NCBI GenBank assembly: GCA_964517585.1
Contig: CAZFCB010000001.1
Location: forward strand, 1,891 to 65,890
Direction: 5' to 3'
Source of the DNA: an uncultured Candidatus Peribacteria bacterium
Lineage (GTDB): Bacteria; Patescibacteriota; Gracilibacteria; Peribacterales; Peribacteraceae
Length of the DNA stretch: 64,000 nucleotides
The position numbers and the translations under genes are program-made. Shown here piece after piece: positions 36,224 to 45,954 of the stretch. Numbering within the stretch: the stretch's first letter is position 1; each line of letters starts with the position of its first letter. Under the pieces are notes generated by a model. That model had not been told where the DNA came from. It searched no databases and saw only the letters and a program-made list of their open reading frames with translations.

Positions 36224-36973
36224 TTAAAGTGCTCCACCAGCAAACCCTTTCAATGCAACACCAACAAAATATGCAACGAAGGCACAGATGGATCCGACAC
36301 CGAGAATCTCGAGTGGTCCTTTGATGAGCCGTTCGCGCGTTACCCAACTTCGTAGCAGCCCAAGAATAAGTAGCGCACCAGCAGCACTAATGATTGTGAC
36401 GGTAAAACGCATGTCTTCATCGAGGGGTAACAAGTAGGGAATAATAGGAATACTGCCAAACAGAACGAATGCAGTAAACGTCATCACAGCATGGAGTACA
36501 GGCGTCCCATCTTCCTCGGCGGTCATGCCGTGTTCCTCGCGCATCATCGTATCTGCCCACATGTTCTTGTCGGATGTAATTATCTCTGTTGCACGGTCAA
36601 GATCCGCTCCTCTGAAACCTTTGGCTTCAAAAATTTCACGAATTTCCTCACGCTCGATGTCTGGGATCTCTTCGATCTCTCGGAACTCTTCTTTGAGAAG
36701 TCGTTGATAATTATCCAGGCGCGATTTACCGGAAAGATAATTCCCAAGACCCATCGACAGTCCATCTGCAAGCACATTTGCGAAGCCAAGAATAACGATA
36801 ATGTACGATGCCAGCTCCGCACCAGCAACGCCAGAAACCACAGCAAACGTCGTGACGATACCGTCATTGGCACCGTACACAATGTCATGAATGTACGGCC
36901 CAAGAGTACTGCCATGCGGCTCCGAATCTCGGTGTCTGGCTAATGCCCGTTTAATATCAGTTCGATCTGTCAT
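36224..36973 (-). CDS. VIT1/CCC1 family iron/manganese transporter
   Basis: VYGANDGIVTTFAVVSGVAGA and a C-terminal TM bundle. Confidence 0.85.
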   Translation of the reverse strand: MTDRTDIKRALARHRDSEPHGSTLGPYIHDIVYGANDGIVTTFAVVSGVAGAELASYIIVILGFANVLADGLSMGLGNYLSGKSRLDNYQRLLKEEFREIEEIPDIEREEIREIFEAKGFRGADLDRATEIITSDKNMWADTMMREEHGMTAEEDGTPVLHAVMTFTAFVLFGSIPIIPYLLPLDEDMRFTVTIISAAGALLILGLLRSWVTRERLIKGPLEILGVGSICAFVAYFVGVALKGFAGGAL

Positions 36974-37012
36974 CAGAAAAAAGTATACTACTCTCTACCC
37001 ATGCCCCCTAAC

Positions 37013-37546
37013 TCACTTTTTTGGTAGGTGTTTTTTTGAGCTGTAGTTTTCCTGATCGCGCAGTGCGTGTACAGCCTCTTTGAGGTCAGGACGAAAGCGA
37101 CCAAGAATCTCAATACTCGGCTCTTTGACGAAGTTACCATCTATCTCCTGCATGAGAATACTGTGAATCGCAGGACTCAAATGACCACGGATCATCGAAA
37201 GAAATTTTGCAGGAGCAGAAATATGGACAGCCTGAATCCCCTGTTCACGAATAGACTGCTCAATATACTTCACAATTTCGTTCGCAAAATTCTTCATCCG
37301 ATTCTTTTCGGACTGATTGAGATCTCCAGTGCCTGAAACCATGCCGCCAGAACTCATGGCAGCTGGGCTTCTGGTCTGACCCTGCTTATCGCTAAATTCA
37401 AGCTCTTTCGATGTCAGCATGTCCTGCTCTGCAATAGCGTGCCCTCCCACATTCAACAGTCGACAGTGATGGGAATCACAGACCACAAGTAACGTGGATT
37501 TTTCGACGTCCGGCATAGCATCGGGAAGACGAATAGTGTGAGACAT
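37013..37546 (-). CDS. host-attachment / baeRF (eRF1-like) family protein, tentative
   Basis: STLLVVCDSHHCRLL .. and IQAVHISAPAKFLSMIRGHL .. EIDGNFVKEP resemble the Host_attach pattern (lvvaDg.arl ... lvlvApp..LG.LR..l ... e.dkDlt). Confidence 0.45.
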   Translation of the reverse strand: MSHTIRLPDAMPDVEKSTLLVVCDSHHCRLLNVGGHAIAEQDMLTSKELEFSDKQGQTRSPAAMSSGGMVSGTGDLNQSEKNRMKNFANEIVKYIEQSIREQGIQAVHISAPAKFLSMIRGHLSPAIHSILMQEIDGNFVKEPSIEILGRFRPDLKEAVHALRDQENYSSKKHLPKK

Positions 37547-37680
37547 ACAAAAGAAGGAAAGAAATGCCACACAATCCTGCATGGTGGATTCTGAAATGAC
37601 AATTGACAGTGAGTTCGATGCTCTCGTGATGTCGTAAGCGTGTCACAATGCATTCTTTTGTAGGAAGAGGGCTTTAGAGC

Positions 37681-37708
37681 TTGAAGGAATGCTTTTCTTG
37701 GCTATACT
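37681..37708 (+). promoter_or_regulatory. candidate promoter for tRNA-Glu(CUC) (TTGAAG, 16-nt spacer, TATACT)
   Basis: Lies 23 nt upstream of the tRNA 5' end. Confidence 0.35.
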
Positions 37709-37730
37709 TGCCGAGCTCTTTTCAGCGTAC

Positions 37731-37805
37731 GGCTCCATCGTCTAACGGTTAGGACACAGGATTCTCATTCCTGTAATCGGGGTTCGATTCCCCGTGGAGC
37801 TACCA
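37731..37805 (+). tRNA. tRNA-Glu (anticodon CUC), CCA encoded
   Basis: Acceptor GGCTCCA/TGGAGCT, D arm GTCT-AACGGTTA-GGAC, anticodon arm CAGGA-TTCTCAT-TCCTG, T arm CGGGG-TTCGATT-CCCCG, then A-CCA. Confidence 0.9.
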
Positions 37806-37833
37806 CCGTCAGTATGCTTACGAGCGTCTCATC

Positions 37834-38991
37834 ATGCTGGAAAGGATCCGTAAGCTTCGGCGCACTATTGGTGCCATTTTCAGGTCAGTGCAGGCTTCGC
37901 TTCGTGGGCCAGAGCTTAGTACTACGAAGATGAAACATGTTTTTGCTTCATTCGGAGCGCAAGAACGAAAAAAATTTACAGAAGTCACACACGACGACGT
38001 GCATGTGTATTTTCGTAAAAAAGCGTTCAAGTGCATGAAGCGAACAATTGCCAATGCAAAGAAATCCATCGACATGCGGATGTTTATTTGGCTTGCAGAC
38101 GGAACAGGCCGCAGCATTGCCTCGCTCTTGGTGACTGCAGCACGTAGAGGTGTTCAGGTAAAGATTCACAAAGAAATGATTGGAGATATTTTTGAATTTG
38201 CTGATGATTTCGCAACGACAAAAAATGACCCTCATCCAATCTGGAAAGCATTCTGGCATCACCCAAACATCACTGTGATTCATAAAAATAATCATGATCA
38301 CTCAAAGACATTCATTGTTGATGATGAAATACTGCTCGTCTCGAGCATGAATATCGGCGATGCCTACTGCAATAACTGGCACGAGTGCCTGGTGGAACTA
38401 CGTGGCAGACGATTCGTAGAAGAATACCTGAGTGGAGAAGTAGGGATACCAAGACAGACAAAGCGTGGGAACATAAAAGTACTCAGAAGCTCGTTAGAAC
38501 ACCCGATGCTTCCCGCTGTTCTCTCGCTCATTCATAGTGCTACAAAGAGTATTCGCATAGAGATGGCATACTTCTCAGACCAGAAAATTGTTGAAGTACT
38601 TGCAAAGAAATCTCGTGATGGCGTCTTTCTCTTTCTCGTTATCCCCCACTCACCCGATGTACACCGCCACTCCAATTTGGCTGCAGTGGAAAAATTACTC
38701 AAGCTTGGAGACAAAAATCGGATGTTTATTTTTCGTTATACTCGTGGCCTTCTCCATACAAAAATGATCATCATCGACAGAAAGACTCTCTTTATAGGAT
38801 CAACAAATCTCATTACATCATCGCTCACTAAAATGTGCGAGACAAATGTTCTCATACACCGTCATCCTCACAAGTGTCTAAGAATCGTACGTCGTCAGTT
38901 TGCGAAAGATGTATTCCAGAGTGTGAAGCTGGAAGCCAGTGAAATAACACGAACATCCTGGCAGAAGTTCCTCACGATTTTTGGCCTTTGA
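37834..38991 (+). CDS. phospholipase D family protein with two HKD motifs (cardiolipin synthase B-like)
   Basis: HDHSKTFIVDDEILLVSSMNIGD and LLHTKMIIIDRKTLFIGSTNL. No N-terminal TM helix. Confidence 0.75.
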   Translation: MLERIRKLRRTIGAIFRSVQASLRGPELSTTKMKHVFASFGAQERKKFTEVTHDDVHVYFRKKAFKCMKRTIANAKKSIDMRMFIWLADGTGRSIASLLVTAARRGVQVKIHKEMIGDIFEFADDFATTKNDPHPIWKAFWHHPNITVIHKNNHDHSKTFIVDDEILLVSSMNIGDAYCNNWHECLVELRGRRFVEEYLSGEVGIPRQTKRGNIKVLRSSLEHPMLPAVLSLIHSATKSIRIEMAYFSDQKIVEVLAKKSRDGVFLFLVIPHSPDVHRHSNLAAVEKLLKLGDKNRMFIFRYTRGLLHTKMIIIDRKTLFIGSTNLITSSLTKMCETNVLIHRHPHKCLRIVRRQFAKDVFQSVKLEASEITRTSWQKFLTIFGL

Positions 38992-40173
38992 TCATTCTAT
39001 CCAGAGGAGAAGACTCTTGAGATAGTCTACTTCCGGATGAAAAATATTGACCGGATGATCGTACGCATGACGGTGCCTCTCAAGAATGCGAACTGACCGT
39101 CTCGCCTGTTGAGCGGCATGAAAAATAACTGTCTGAAAAAGCTGATGATCAATCTGATAACTACACGAACACGTGAGGAAGAAACTTCCGGGCACCAGCG
39201 CTTCCATTGCCATCCGGTTCATGTCCGTATAAGCATACTTAGCGCGTTCTATGTCTGTACTACGCTTCGCGAAAGCTGGAGGATCAAGAATAATGAAATC
39301 ATACTTTCTCGGCATGGGCTTCCGACGTAAGAACGCAAATACGTCTTCGGTATAACCAGAGAATTTCGCCGCTGCTATGCCATTCACCTTCATATGTTCA
39401 GCTGCCTTTTCGATGGCCGCTTTATCGTAATCCACGGCATCTGCGGACTTCGCACCACCCATGAGCGCATTGAGTGAAAAGCCCCCAACATAGCTACAGC
39501 AATCAAGAACCGTGCGTCCTTCCGCAAGCCGCCTGACGAGCGATCGCATTTCACGCTGATCTAAAAACAGTCCTGTCTTCTGACTCCCGAGAAGAGTGAT
39601 CAAGTACGTGAGTCCTCGCTCTTTCACAGTCAACGTATCAGACCCTTTCCCCATCACCCATCCCTCGCGTGGCTCCATGCCTTCTTTCTTTCTACCTGGA
39701 CCTGCTGACTTCTCAAAAATCGCAGTCGGCTTCAGTATGTCCGTCAATGTCTTGATAATCCAATCCCGAAGATTATCCATGCCTTTCGTCGTGAGCTGAA
39801 TGACAAGTACGGAATCATACTTATCGACGATGAGCCCCGGTACGCCGTCCCCTTCAGCATTAATATAACGAAACGCATTCGTGTCTTCTTTCGTGAAGAA
39901 AAGCTGTCGAAGATCAATTGATCGCTTCATTGTTTCACGTAACTGAATCAACGGATCATCTTTCTTGAACGCAATAGCACGAGCACAGATGTACGCTTTT
40001 CGGTTCAGTGTGGCGTAACAGAGAAAACCACCATCAGACCCTTGGACTTCAACGATCGTTCCATCTGGACAATCTGGATATGAAGACACAGACGTCTGAA
40101 ACACCGCATGATGCCTATTTTTCAGGTGAGGATCTCTGCCAGCCTTGAGACGAAGAACGGGATATGTCGTCAT
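38992..40173 (-). CDS. rlmI: RlmI/RlmK-like rRNA (cytosine-C5) methyltransferase (PUA plus class I MTase)
   Basis: GLIVDKYDSVLVIQ, QKTGLFLDQRE, VLDCCSYVGGFS, IILDPPAFAK. The track ORF extends to 40242. Confidence 0.8.
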   Translation of the reverse strand: MTTYPVLRLKAGRDPHLKNRHHAVFQTSVSSYPDCPDGTIVEVQGSDGGFLCYATLNRKAYICARAIAFKKDDPLIQLRETMKRSIDLRQLFFTKEDTNAFRYINAEGDGVPGLIVDKYDSVLVIQLTTKGMDNLRDWIIKTLTDILKPTAIFEKSAGPGRKKEGMEPREGWVMGKGSDTLTVKERGLTYLITLLGSQKTGLFLDQREMRSLVRRLAEGRTVLDCCSYVGGFSLNALMGGAKSADAVDYDKAAIEKAAEHMKVNGIAAAKFSGYTEDVFAFLRRKPMPRKYDFIILDPPAFAKRSTDIERAKYAYTDMNRMAMEALVPGSFFLTCSCSYQIDHQLFQTVIFHAAQQARRSVRILERHRHAYDHPVNIFHPEVDYLKSLLLWIE

Positions 40174-40196
40174 GACCGAGAGACGGTAGCAGAGAG

Positions 40197-41033
40197 ATGG
40201 GAAACGTGCAGCGAGAAAACTTACATAGTAAGCTTGGCACAATGTTTTTTTGGAAGAAATCTTCGGCGAACAATATGAGTCCAGACGACATCATGCGTGA
40301 AAAACAAAAAATTATACGCAAAGACGGTCCTTGGACAGCACATAACATTTCGCTCGGACATGGAGTCACAACGATGGGTGTGGAGAGAAATTACGACACA
40401 ACAAAACTGGAGCTATGTGTAAAGACGATCACGGCAAGTACCGGAAGGCCAACCACAGAACTGCGCATTCTCGATCTTGCGTGCCTCGAAGGAATGTATT
40501 CGATCGAATATGCAAGACTCGGAGCAACAGTCCTCGGCATCGAAGTGCGTAAACTGAATCTCGCAAAAGCGCGATTCGCAAAAAAGGCGCTCGGACTTCG
40601 GAACGTCGAATTTATGAAAGCTGACGTACGAAATATCAGTAGAGAAACGTTAGGAACATTTGATGTCATCTTGATGAATGGAATCCTCTATCACATTGAC
40701 AAGGCTGATCAATTATCATTCTTACAGTCAGCGGCAAACATGTGCACGGAGATGATGTACATTGATACACATGTCTCACTGACACCTGATGCAGAATTTA
40801 CGAAAGACAACATCACATTCACAGGAACAGAGTGGGAAGAATTTTCACCAGAAGCAACGCTCAAAGAGCGAGAGAAAATGCTCTGGGCTTCCTATGAGAA
40901 TCCAAAAAGCTTCAAGCTGTCACTTCCCTCACTCCTCGCAGCACTGAAGCACGTCGGTTTCCATTCAACAGAAGTACTTAAACATATAGATGGACAGCCT
41001 ACAGACCGGATAGTCATTGCGGTCAAAAAATAA
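40197..41033 (+). CDS. class I SAM-dependent methyltransferase
   Basis: ILDLACLEGMYSIEYARLGATVLGIE. Alternative start at 40242. Confidence 0.7.
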   Translation: MGNVQRENLHSKLGTMFFWKKSSANNMSPDDIMREKQKIIRKDGPWTAHNISLGHGVTTMGVERNYDTTKLELCVKTITASTGRPTTELRILDLACLEGMYSIEYARLGATVLGIEVRKLNLAKARFAKKALGLRNVEFMKADVRNISRETLGTFDVILMNGILYHIDKADQLSFLQSAANMCTEMMYIDTHVSLTPDAEFTKDNITFTGTEWEEFSPEATLKEREKMLWASYENPKSFKLSLPSLLAALKHVGFHSTEVLKHIDGQPTDRIVIAVKK

Positions 41034-41045
41034 TCAACATGAGGC

Positions 41046-41189
41046 GGCATTGTGTAACTCTATCCAAAGGGCAGGCGCGCGCAGCAGTGGGGGTCTGCGG
41101 GTAAGCCCCGTTCGCCGCAGCGAACAGGGCAGGGTATCTGCGCGCACGCGTTTTTTTGGTCCTTTTTTGTCGCTCGGACAAAAAAGGAC
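41046..41189 (+). repeat. structured intergenic element, copy 2 of 3
   Basis: Starts 13 nt after the methyltransferase stop and ends 10 nt before the convergent rlmH stop. Confidence 0.8.
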
Positions 41190-41198
41190 GAAGAAGAA

Positions 41199-41642
41199 TT
41201 AGTGATGATATCCGCTACCCGTCAGAATCGTATGCGCCCTATACAACTGCTCCAGAAACACTAGTTTGCACAGTTCATGCGGCAGTGTCAGACGGCTGAG
41301 TGACAAGACGAGGTTTGCCTTCTCCCGAATCCGATCGTCCAAACCGTACGCACCGCCTAAAACAAATGTCAAAGATTGACCGCTATCACGTTGCTTCCCG
41401 ATCCACGATGCAAAATCGATCGATGAAAATTCTTTGCCCTTGTCATCGAGTGCGACGATGACGCCGTGCGTTTTCTCAAGTGCATCAAAAATTTTCTGCC
41501 GCTCTTCTTTTTCTTCTCCGGCATGGAGCACACGTTCTGTAAGATCACAAAAATGACTGAGACGATCCGAGTACAACTCGCAACCATCTTTGATCCACGG
41601 TGTCTTGACCTTCCCGACGGAAAGGAGAGTGATTTTGTGCAT
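41199..41642 (-). CDS. rlmH: 23S rRNA (pseudouridine1915-N3)-methyltransferase
   Basis: SPOUT fold, 147 aa. VLGGAYGLDD .. LSLSRLTLPHEL .. EQLYRA. Confidence 0.88.
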   Translation of the reverse strand: MHKITLLSVGKVKTPWIKDGCELYSDRLSHFCDLTERVLHAGEEKEERQKIFDALEKTHGVIVALDDKGKEFSSIDFASWIGKQRDSGQSLTFVLGGAYGLDDRIREKANLVLSLSRLTLPHELCKLVFLEQLYRAHTILTGSGYHH

Positions 41643-43118
41643 CTACTTTCTATGCAAAAGCGCTACAAGCTCAATATGAGCTGTGTGTGGAAACATATCC
41701 ACTGGCTGCACCGTGCGAAGCTCGTATCCGTTTTTCAGGAACTCTCCTAAGTCTCTTGCAAACGTTGCAGCATTACAGGAAACGTAGACGATTTTCTCTG
41801 GACGATGTGTGATGATGGATTCCATCGCAGCCGGATGAAGTCCAACGCGTGGTGGGTCCACGACGATGACATTGAACTTGTATTTTCCTCCAGCTTTAAG
41901 CTGTTGATGAAGAACTTGCTCTGCTTTTCCCTTATAAAAACTAATATTGCCAATGCGGTTACGGCCAGCGGATCTGAGAGCATCATCTATGGCCGATGGA
42001 TGTGACTCAATACCAACGACTTTCTCGCAGTAGCGAGCCAGATACTGACCGATGGTTCCCATACCGCAATATGCATCAAGCACCGTATCTTTGGGGGAAA
42101 GATCCGCAGCCGTACCGATAGCGGTGTACAGTTTTTCTGTCGCGAGTGTGTTCGTTTGGAAAAAAGAAAACGGCGAAATTTGAAATGAGAGATCAAAGAT
42201 TCTTTCCGTGATCCACTGCTCGCCAACAAGTGCATGAATCTTTGGTTCTTCCGGCTTATCATTGAGGCCAAAGTGCTCAACAACGAGAAGGGATTTTAAA
42301 TTCGGACGTCCTCCAAAACGAAGAAACTTCTGAAACAGAGGCTCTAGTTCTTTCTTTCTCGCCTGCACAACGAAACAAATCATGTGCTCATTGGTGTGAA
42401 TACCTCGACGCAAAATGAGATTCCGCAGCATTCCCTTATGTGTTTTGGGGTTGTAGACCGGAAGCTTGGTATCCGCCATGAACTTTCGGACATCGGAGAG
42501 CAGTGTTGGCAATTGCTCATCGTACAGGTGGCACTCGGTCACCGGAAGAATGGTCGCCCATTCGCCCGCCTGATGGAAACCTATCCCTGGATTCTCATCG
42601 AAAAAAATGCGCTGTGGCTTTGCACCAGCAACTTTCGGAGGCTCCACCTCCGTACGCATCTGTGCGTAACCGAAGGTCAACTCAAGCTTGTTACGATAAT
42701 GAAACACTTGTGGACTAGGAATAATCTTGAGGACTCTGCCAGGTAACTGCTTCCGAATAGCAGGATCAACAGGTGTGAGATGTTCAAGTGTCTCACGGAC
42801 GATATCTTCTTTATAAGAGATTTGTTTGTTATAGGAAAGATTTTGCCACACACATCCTCCGCACGTACCAAAGTGTGCACACTTGGCAACGATCTCGTCC
42901 TTTGAACGCATCATGACCTTTTCCACTTTGGCTTCGAAGTATGTGTCTTTCTTCTTTGTAATAACTGCTGAGACCTTTTGACCAGGAATGGCGCCGGCAA
43001 TGAAGACGGGCATACCTGCAAGCATGGCAAAACCAGCACCTCCATGGGCAAATTTCTCAACAATCAGGACATGGGACTGTCCTGGCTGGGGAACGATAGG
43101 TACGTCAGTACTTGACAT
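41643..43118 (-). CDS. rlmD: 23S rRNA (uracil-5)-methyltransferase RlmD/RumA family
   Basis: TRAM domain, Fe-S cysteines CAHFGTCGGCVWQ, DAYCGMGTIG, VVDPPRVG, YVSCNAATFARD. Confidence 0.88.
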   Translation of the reverse strand: MSSTDVPIVPQPGQSHVLIVEKFAHGGAGFAMLAGMPVFIAGAIPGQKVSAVITKKKDTYFEAKVEKVMMRSKDEIVAKCAHFGTCGGCVWQNLSYNKQISYKEDIVRETLEHLTPVDPAIRKQLPGRVLKIIPSPQVFHYRNKLELTFGYAQMRTEVEPPKVAGAKPQRIFFDENPGIGFHQAGEWATILPVTECHLYDEQLPTLLSDVRKFMADTKLPVYNPKTHKGMLRNLILRRGIHTNEHMICFVVQARKKELEPLFQKFLRFGGRPNLKSLLVVEHFGLNDKPEEPKIHALVGEQWITERIFDLSFQISPFSFFQTNTLATEKLYTAIGTAADLSPKDTVLDAYCGMGTIGQYLARYCEKVVGIESHPSAIDDALRSAGRNRIGNISFYKGKAEQVLHQQLKAGGKYKFNVIVVDPPRVGLHPAAMESIITHRPEKIVYVSCNAATFARDLGEFLKNGYELRTVQPVDMFPHTAHIELVALLHRK

Positions 43119-43150
43119 TAAACTTGCAATATAGTATAAATTAACACTTT

Positions 43151-43999
43151 TTGCACCTCATGCATTCCTTCACGTCCTATCCGGCGCCGATAAGAAAGGC
43201 GATCCTCCTACTCGCAGGCGGAACGATGTTCGGATTTCTCGTAGCTGTCGTCATGGTAGCACGCAGTCCATCCATGGCAAGCGCAACTGATCTCCATGCC
43301 GCTGCACCAAGATTCTCAGTTCAAAGAAAAGTAGTTGCCCCAGCTCATAAAGCACCGCAACGTCTTCTTGCAGTCGTCGACCATGAGGACATTCTTCCAA
43401 AGCAGAGAGTGATTGCAGATCAGGTACTTCGGTCGCTGCCTCCTTCCTGTAGAAATAATTTGGAAAACTTCTACGTGAACTACGACAAGAATGCTGCAAA
43501 CCGCGGACTTGGTGGCGAACACACGATCATTGTCATCGGTCATGTTCCTGATCGAGAATTCCGCGCGCTCATTGTTCATGAATGCGGACACGTTGCGGAT
43601 CTTGGAGGACTACGCGGCACCCCTGCAGGCGGTTACACAAATTTCTACGACGGTCATAAGCCGATCTACGCCAATGACAGCAGTGTTGCGTTTTATGAAA
43701 TCAGTTGGATCACCCCTGTCATTAACCAACCTGGTACAAAAGAGAGTGATTTCGTTTCAGGGTACGCTGCCTCTGACCCATTTGAAGATTTTGCAGAAAC
43801 GTTTGCATACTTTGCGCTGCAACAGGAATCCTTCAAGAAGATTGCGGCAAGCAACCCGGTTCTGAAGGCAAAATATGACTTTATGGAACAGGTTGTCTTC
43901 GCAGGATCCATGTCCATCGCGCAAGGCCAATACGTTCCCGGGAAGAATATTCCTTGGGACGTAACAAAGCTTCCGTACGTGTGGCATGCGAAGAAATAG
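43151..43999 (+). CDS. membrane-anchored putative zinc metallopeptidase
   Basis: HECGH (HExxH) plus a downstream DPFEDFAETFAYF, reminiscent of MtfA/M90-type peptidases. N-terminal TM helix. Confidence 0.5.
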   Translation: MHLMHSFTSYPAPIRKAILLLAGGTMFGFLVAVVMVARSPSMASATDLHAAAPRFSVQRKVVAPAHKAPQRLLAVVDHEDILPKQRVIADQVLRSLPPSCRNNLENFYVNYDKNAANRGLGGEHTIIVIGHVPDREFRALIVHECGHVADLGGLRGTPAGGYTNFYDGHKPIYANDSSVAFYEISWITPVINQPGTKESDFVSGYAASDPFEDFAETFAYFALQQESFKKIAASNPVLKAKYDFMEQVVFAGSMSIAQGQYVPGKNIPWDVTKLPYVWHAKK

Positions 44000-44012
44000 C
44001 TGAGCGTAGGAC

Positions 44013-44819
44013 GTGGAAAGAACAAATCGCTATGATGTCTCCATGCGCCGACAACTCCTTCTCGTCTGCTGGCTCGTCACGGACATGGCACTTTTCATCG
44101 CTGCATACGTCATAGCCTACTTTCTGAGAGTCGGCTTCCTGCTTTCGACAAATTTCCCACTCGATCTGTATCTGCAAACAGTCCTCATCGTCGCTCCGTT
44201 CTGGATCGCGACAATGTTAGAACTCGGGATTTTTCGTCTCACGCGCATTCAATCTGATCGTAAAAACCTTTCTCACATTCTCTTTGCGTGCGTCCTCGCA
44301 TCAGCACTGTTCACTCTTACCTATTACTTTCTCCACGACCGATTTTTCAGCCGTCTTCTGCTTGTCGAGGCAGGCATCATCAATCTTGCGCTGACTGTCG
44401 TATGGCATTTGGCGTTCGATACATGGCAACGTCGTGTACTTCGCAAAGACCCGGCAGCGTTTCCTGTGCTCATCGTTGGCCTCAACCGCGAGTCAGAGCG
44501 GCTGATTGATCTTCTAGAAGATCGTCAATCGCCCTTCAAGCCCGTCGCAATTCTGGATGGTCATGGCACGAGTAAAAGCCAAGTACGCGGAGTACCCGTG
44601 CTCGGGAAACTCAACAAACTAGAAGATGTCATCAAGACTCTCAAACCGACTCATCTCATCCAGTGCAGCAACCTTGAACACACCATCAATCTGATGAGCG
44701 TGTGCAGGCAACACAAGATGACATATCTCTTACTGCCTAGTGTGCTTGGCGCCGTCGAAGGATATGGCGAACAAATTGAGGGAAAGTCATTCATCAAAGC
44801 TGATCACAAGAGTTGGTAA
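44013..44819 (+). CDS. polyprenyl glycosylphosphotransferase-like N-terminal module (TM plus CoA-binding-like domain) without the catalytic Bac_transf domain
   Basis: Four TM helices, then PVLIVGLNRESERLIDLLE..KPVAILDG..VRGVPVLGKLNKLEDVI. The ORF stops where the catalytic domain normally begins. Confidence 0.55.
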   Translation: MERTNRYDVSMRRQLLLVCWLVTDMALFIAAYVIAYFLRVGFLLSTNFPLDLYLQTVLIVAPFWIATMLELGIFRLTRIQSDRKNLSHILFACVLASALFTLTYYFLHDRFFSRLLLVEAGIINLALTVVWHLAFDTWQRRVLRKDPAAFPVLIVGLNRESERLIDLLEDRQSPFKPVAILDGHGTSKSQVRGVPVLGKLNKLEDVIKTLKPTHLIQCSNLEHTINLMSVCRQHKMTYLLLPSVLGAVEGYGEQIEGKSFIKADHKSW

Positions 44820-44924
44820 TTTCCCCAGTGTTCGATGCAATGTTTCATTCTCGCCCTTCGACGCAACCTCGCTCTGCTCGGTTCCGCTCAGGGTAAACCG
44901 GTTCTCATTCGTCTCGTATAACAT

Positions 44925-45896
44925 ATGCAAACATTTATCTTAGCGGGAGGATTTGCCACTCGTCTGTGGCCTCTCACTGAAAGACGAGCAAAACCCCTCT
45001 TACCCATCGCAGGCAAGCCTATTCTTTCGTATGCCGTAGAAGCGGTTCCAGCAGAGCTCCGTATCACCGTGAGTACAAATGCTGCGTTTGCAGAGGACTT
45101 TCATACATGGAAAGAAACACTGCAACGAAAAAATATCACGATCTCCATTGAGGACGCAGGACATGAGGATCAGAAGTTAGGTGCACTCGGTGCTATCGCA
45201 CGTTGGGTGCGTGAAGAAAAAATTGATGACGACATACTGTTACTTGCCGGTGACAATTTTGCAGGAAGCGATTTGTCAGCATTTTTGACATTATTTCGTG
45301 GCAATCCCCTCATTGCCGGTCACGATATTGGAGACACGGATGCTGCGAAGGCCTTTGGTACGATTATCACAAAAAAAGATCCTGAATCATTGCTACAAGC
45401 TGTCACGTCATTCGAGGAAAAACCAATGCATCCCAAATCCACAGTCGTCTCCACAGGTTGGTGGGTTCTCCCTCGTTCTGTGTTACCCGTATTAGTGGAG
45501 CATGCACAGAAGCACCCAGATAACGTAGGAGGTGTTTTTGAAGAATTTCTGAAACGTAACATCTCTGTAGACTGTTTTGTTTTCAGCGAACTCTGGAAAG
45601 ACATCGGCTCGTTTGATGCATACATGTCGCTGCACCAGAGTCTCATCGGCGAGAATGTGGTGAAACATCCCACTGCATTGTGCAGCGATGACACCATGCT
45701 TAAGGGTGCTATCGATCTCGGTCCAGAAACAAGGATCCAGCAATCCACGCTGACTGACTGCATCATCTTTGGAAAAAGTACGATCAAAGATTGTGTCCTG
45801 ACGCGCTGTATTATTGATGAGGGCTGCTCATTATCCAACGTGGATTTGACCGACAAAATGCTCCGAGCAGGCACTGTGCTGCATCTGAAGACGTAA
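44925..45896 (+). CDS. sugar-phosphate nucleotidyltransferase
   Basis: FILAGGFATRLWPLTERRAKPLLPIAGKPIL. Confidence 0.82.
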   Translation: MQTFILAGGFATRLWPLTERRAKPLLPIAGKPILSYAVEAVPAELRITVSTNAAFAEDFHTWKETLQRKNITISIEDAGHEDQKLGALGAIARWVREEKIDDDILLLAGDNFAGSDLSAFLTLFRGNPLIAGHDIGDTDAAKAFGTIITKKDPESLLQAVTSFEEKPMHPKSTVVSTGWWVLPRSVLPVLVEHAQKHPDNVGGVFEEFLKRNISVDCFVFSELWKDIGSFDAYMSLHQSLIGENVVKHPTALCSDDTMLKGAIDLGPETRIQQSTLTDCIIFGKSTIKDCVLTRCIIDEGCSLSNVDLTDKMLRAGTVLHLKT

Positions 45897-45954
45897 AGAA
45901 GAAGTGTAATGTGCCGTTTCCCTTCCATGACAAAAGGGTTACACTTGGCCGCAC

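Noticed and set aside
36083-36355. Small ORFs spanning the three repeat copies (36083-36355 +, 41017-41202 +, 49851-50090 -, 35969-36220 -) that share peptide strings such as GARSSGGLRV and KNACAQ.
   Set aside because: The shared peptides are just the translated conserved repeat. The differences between copies preserve base pairing rather than amino acids. The ORFs have no consistent start or stop relative to the element and run into neighbouring genes.
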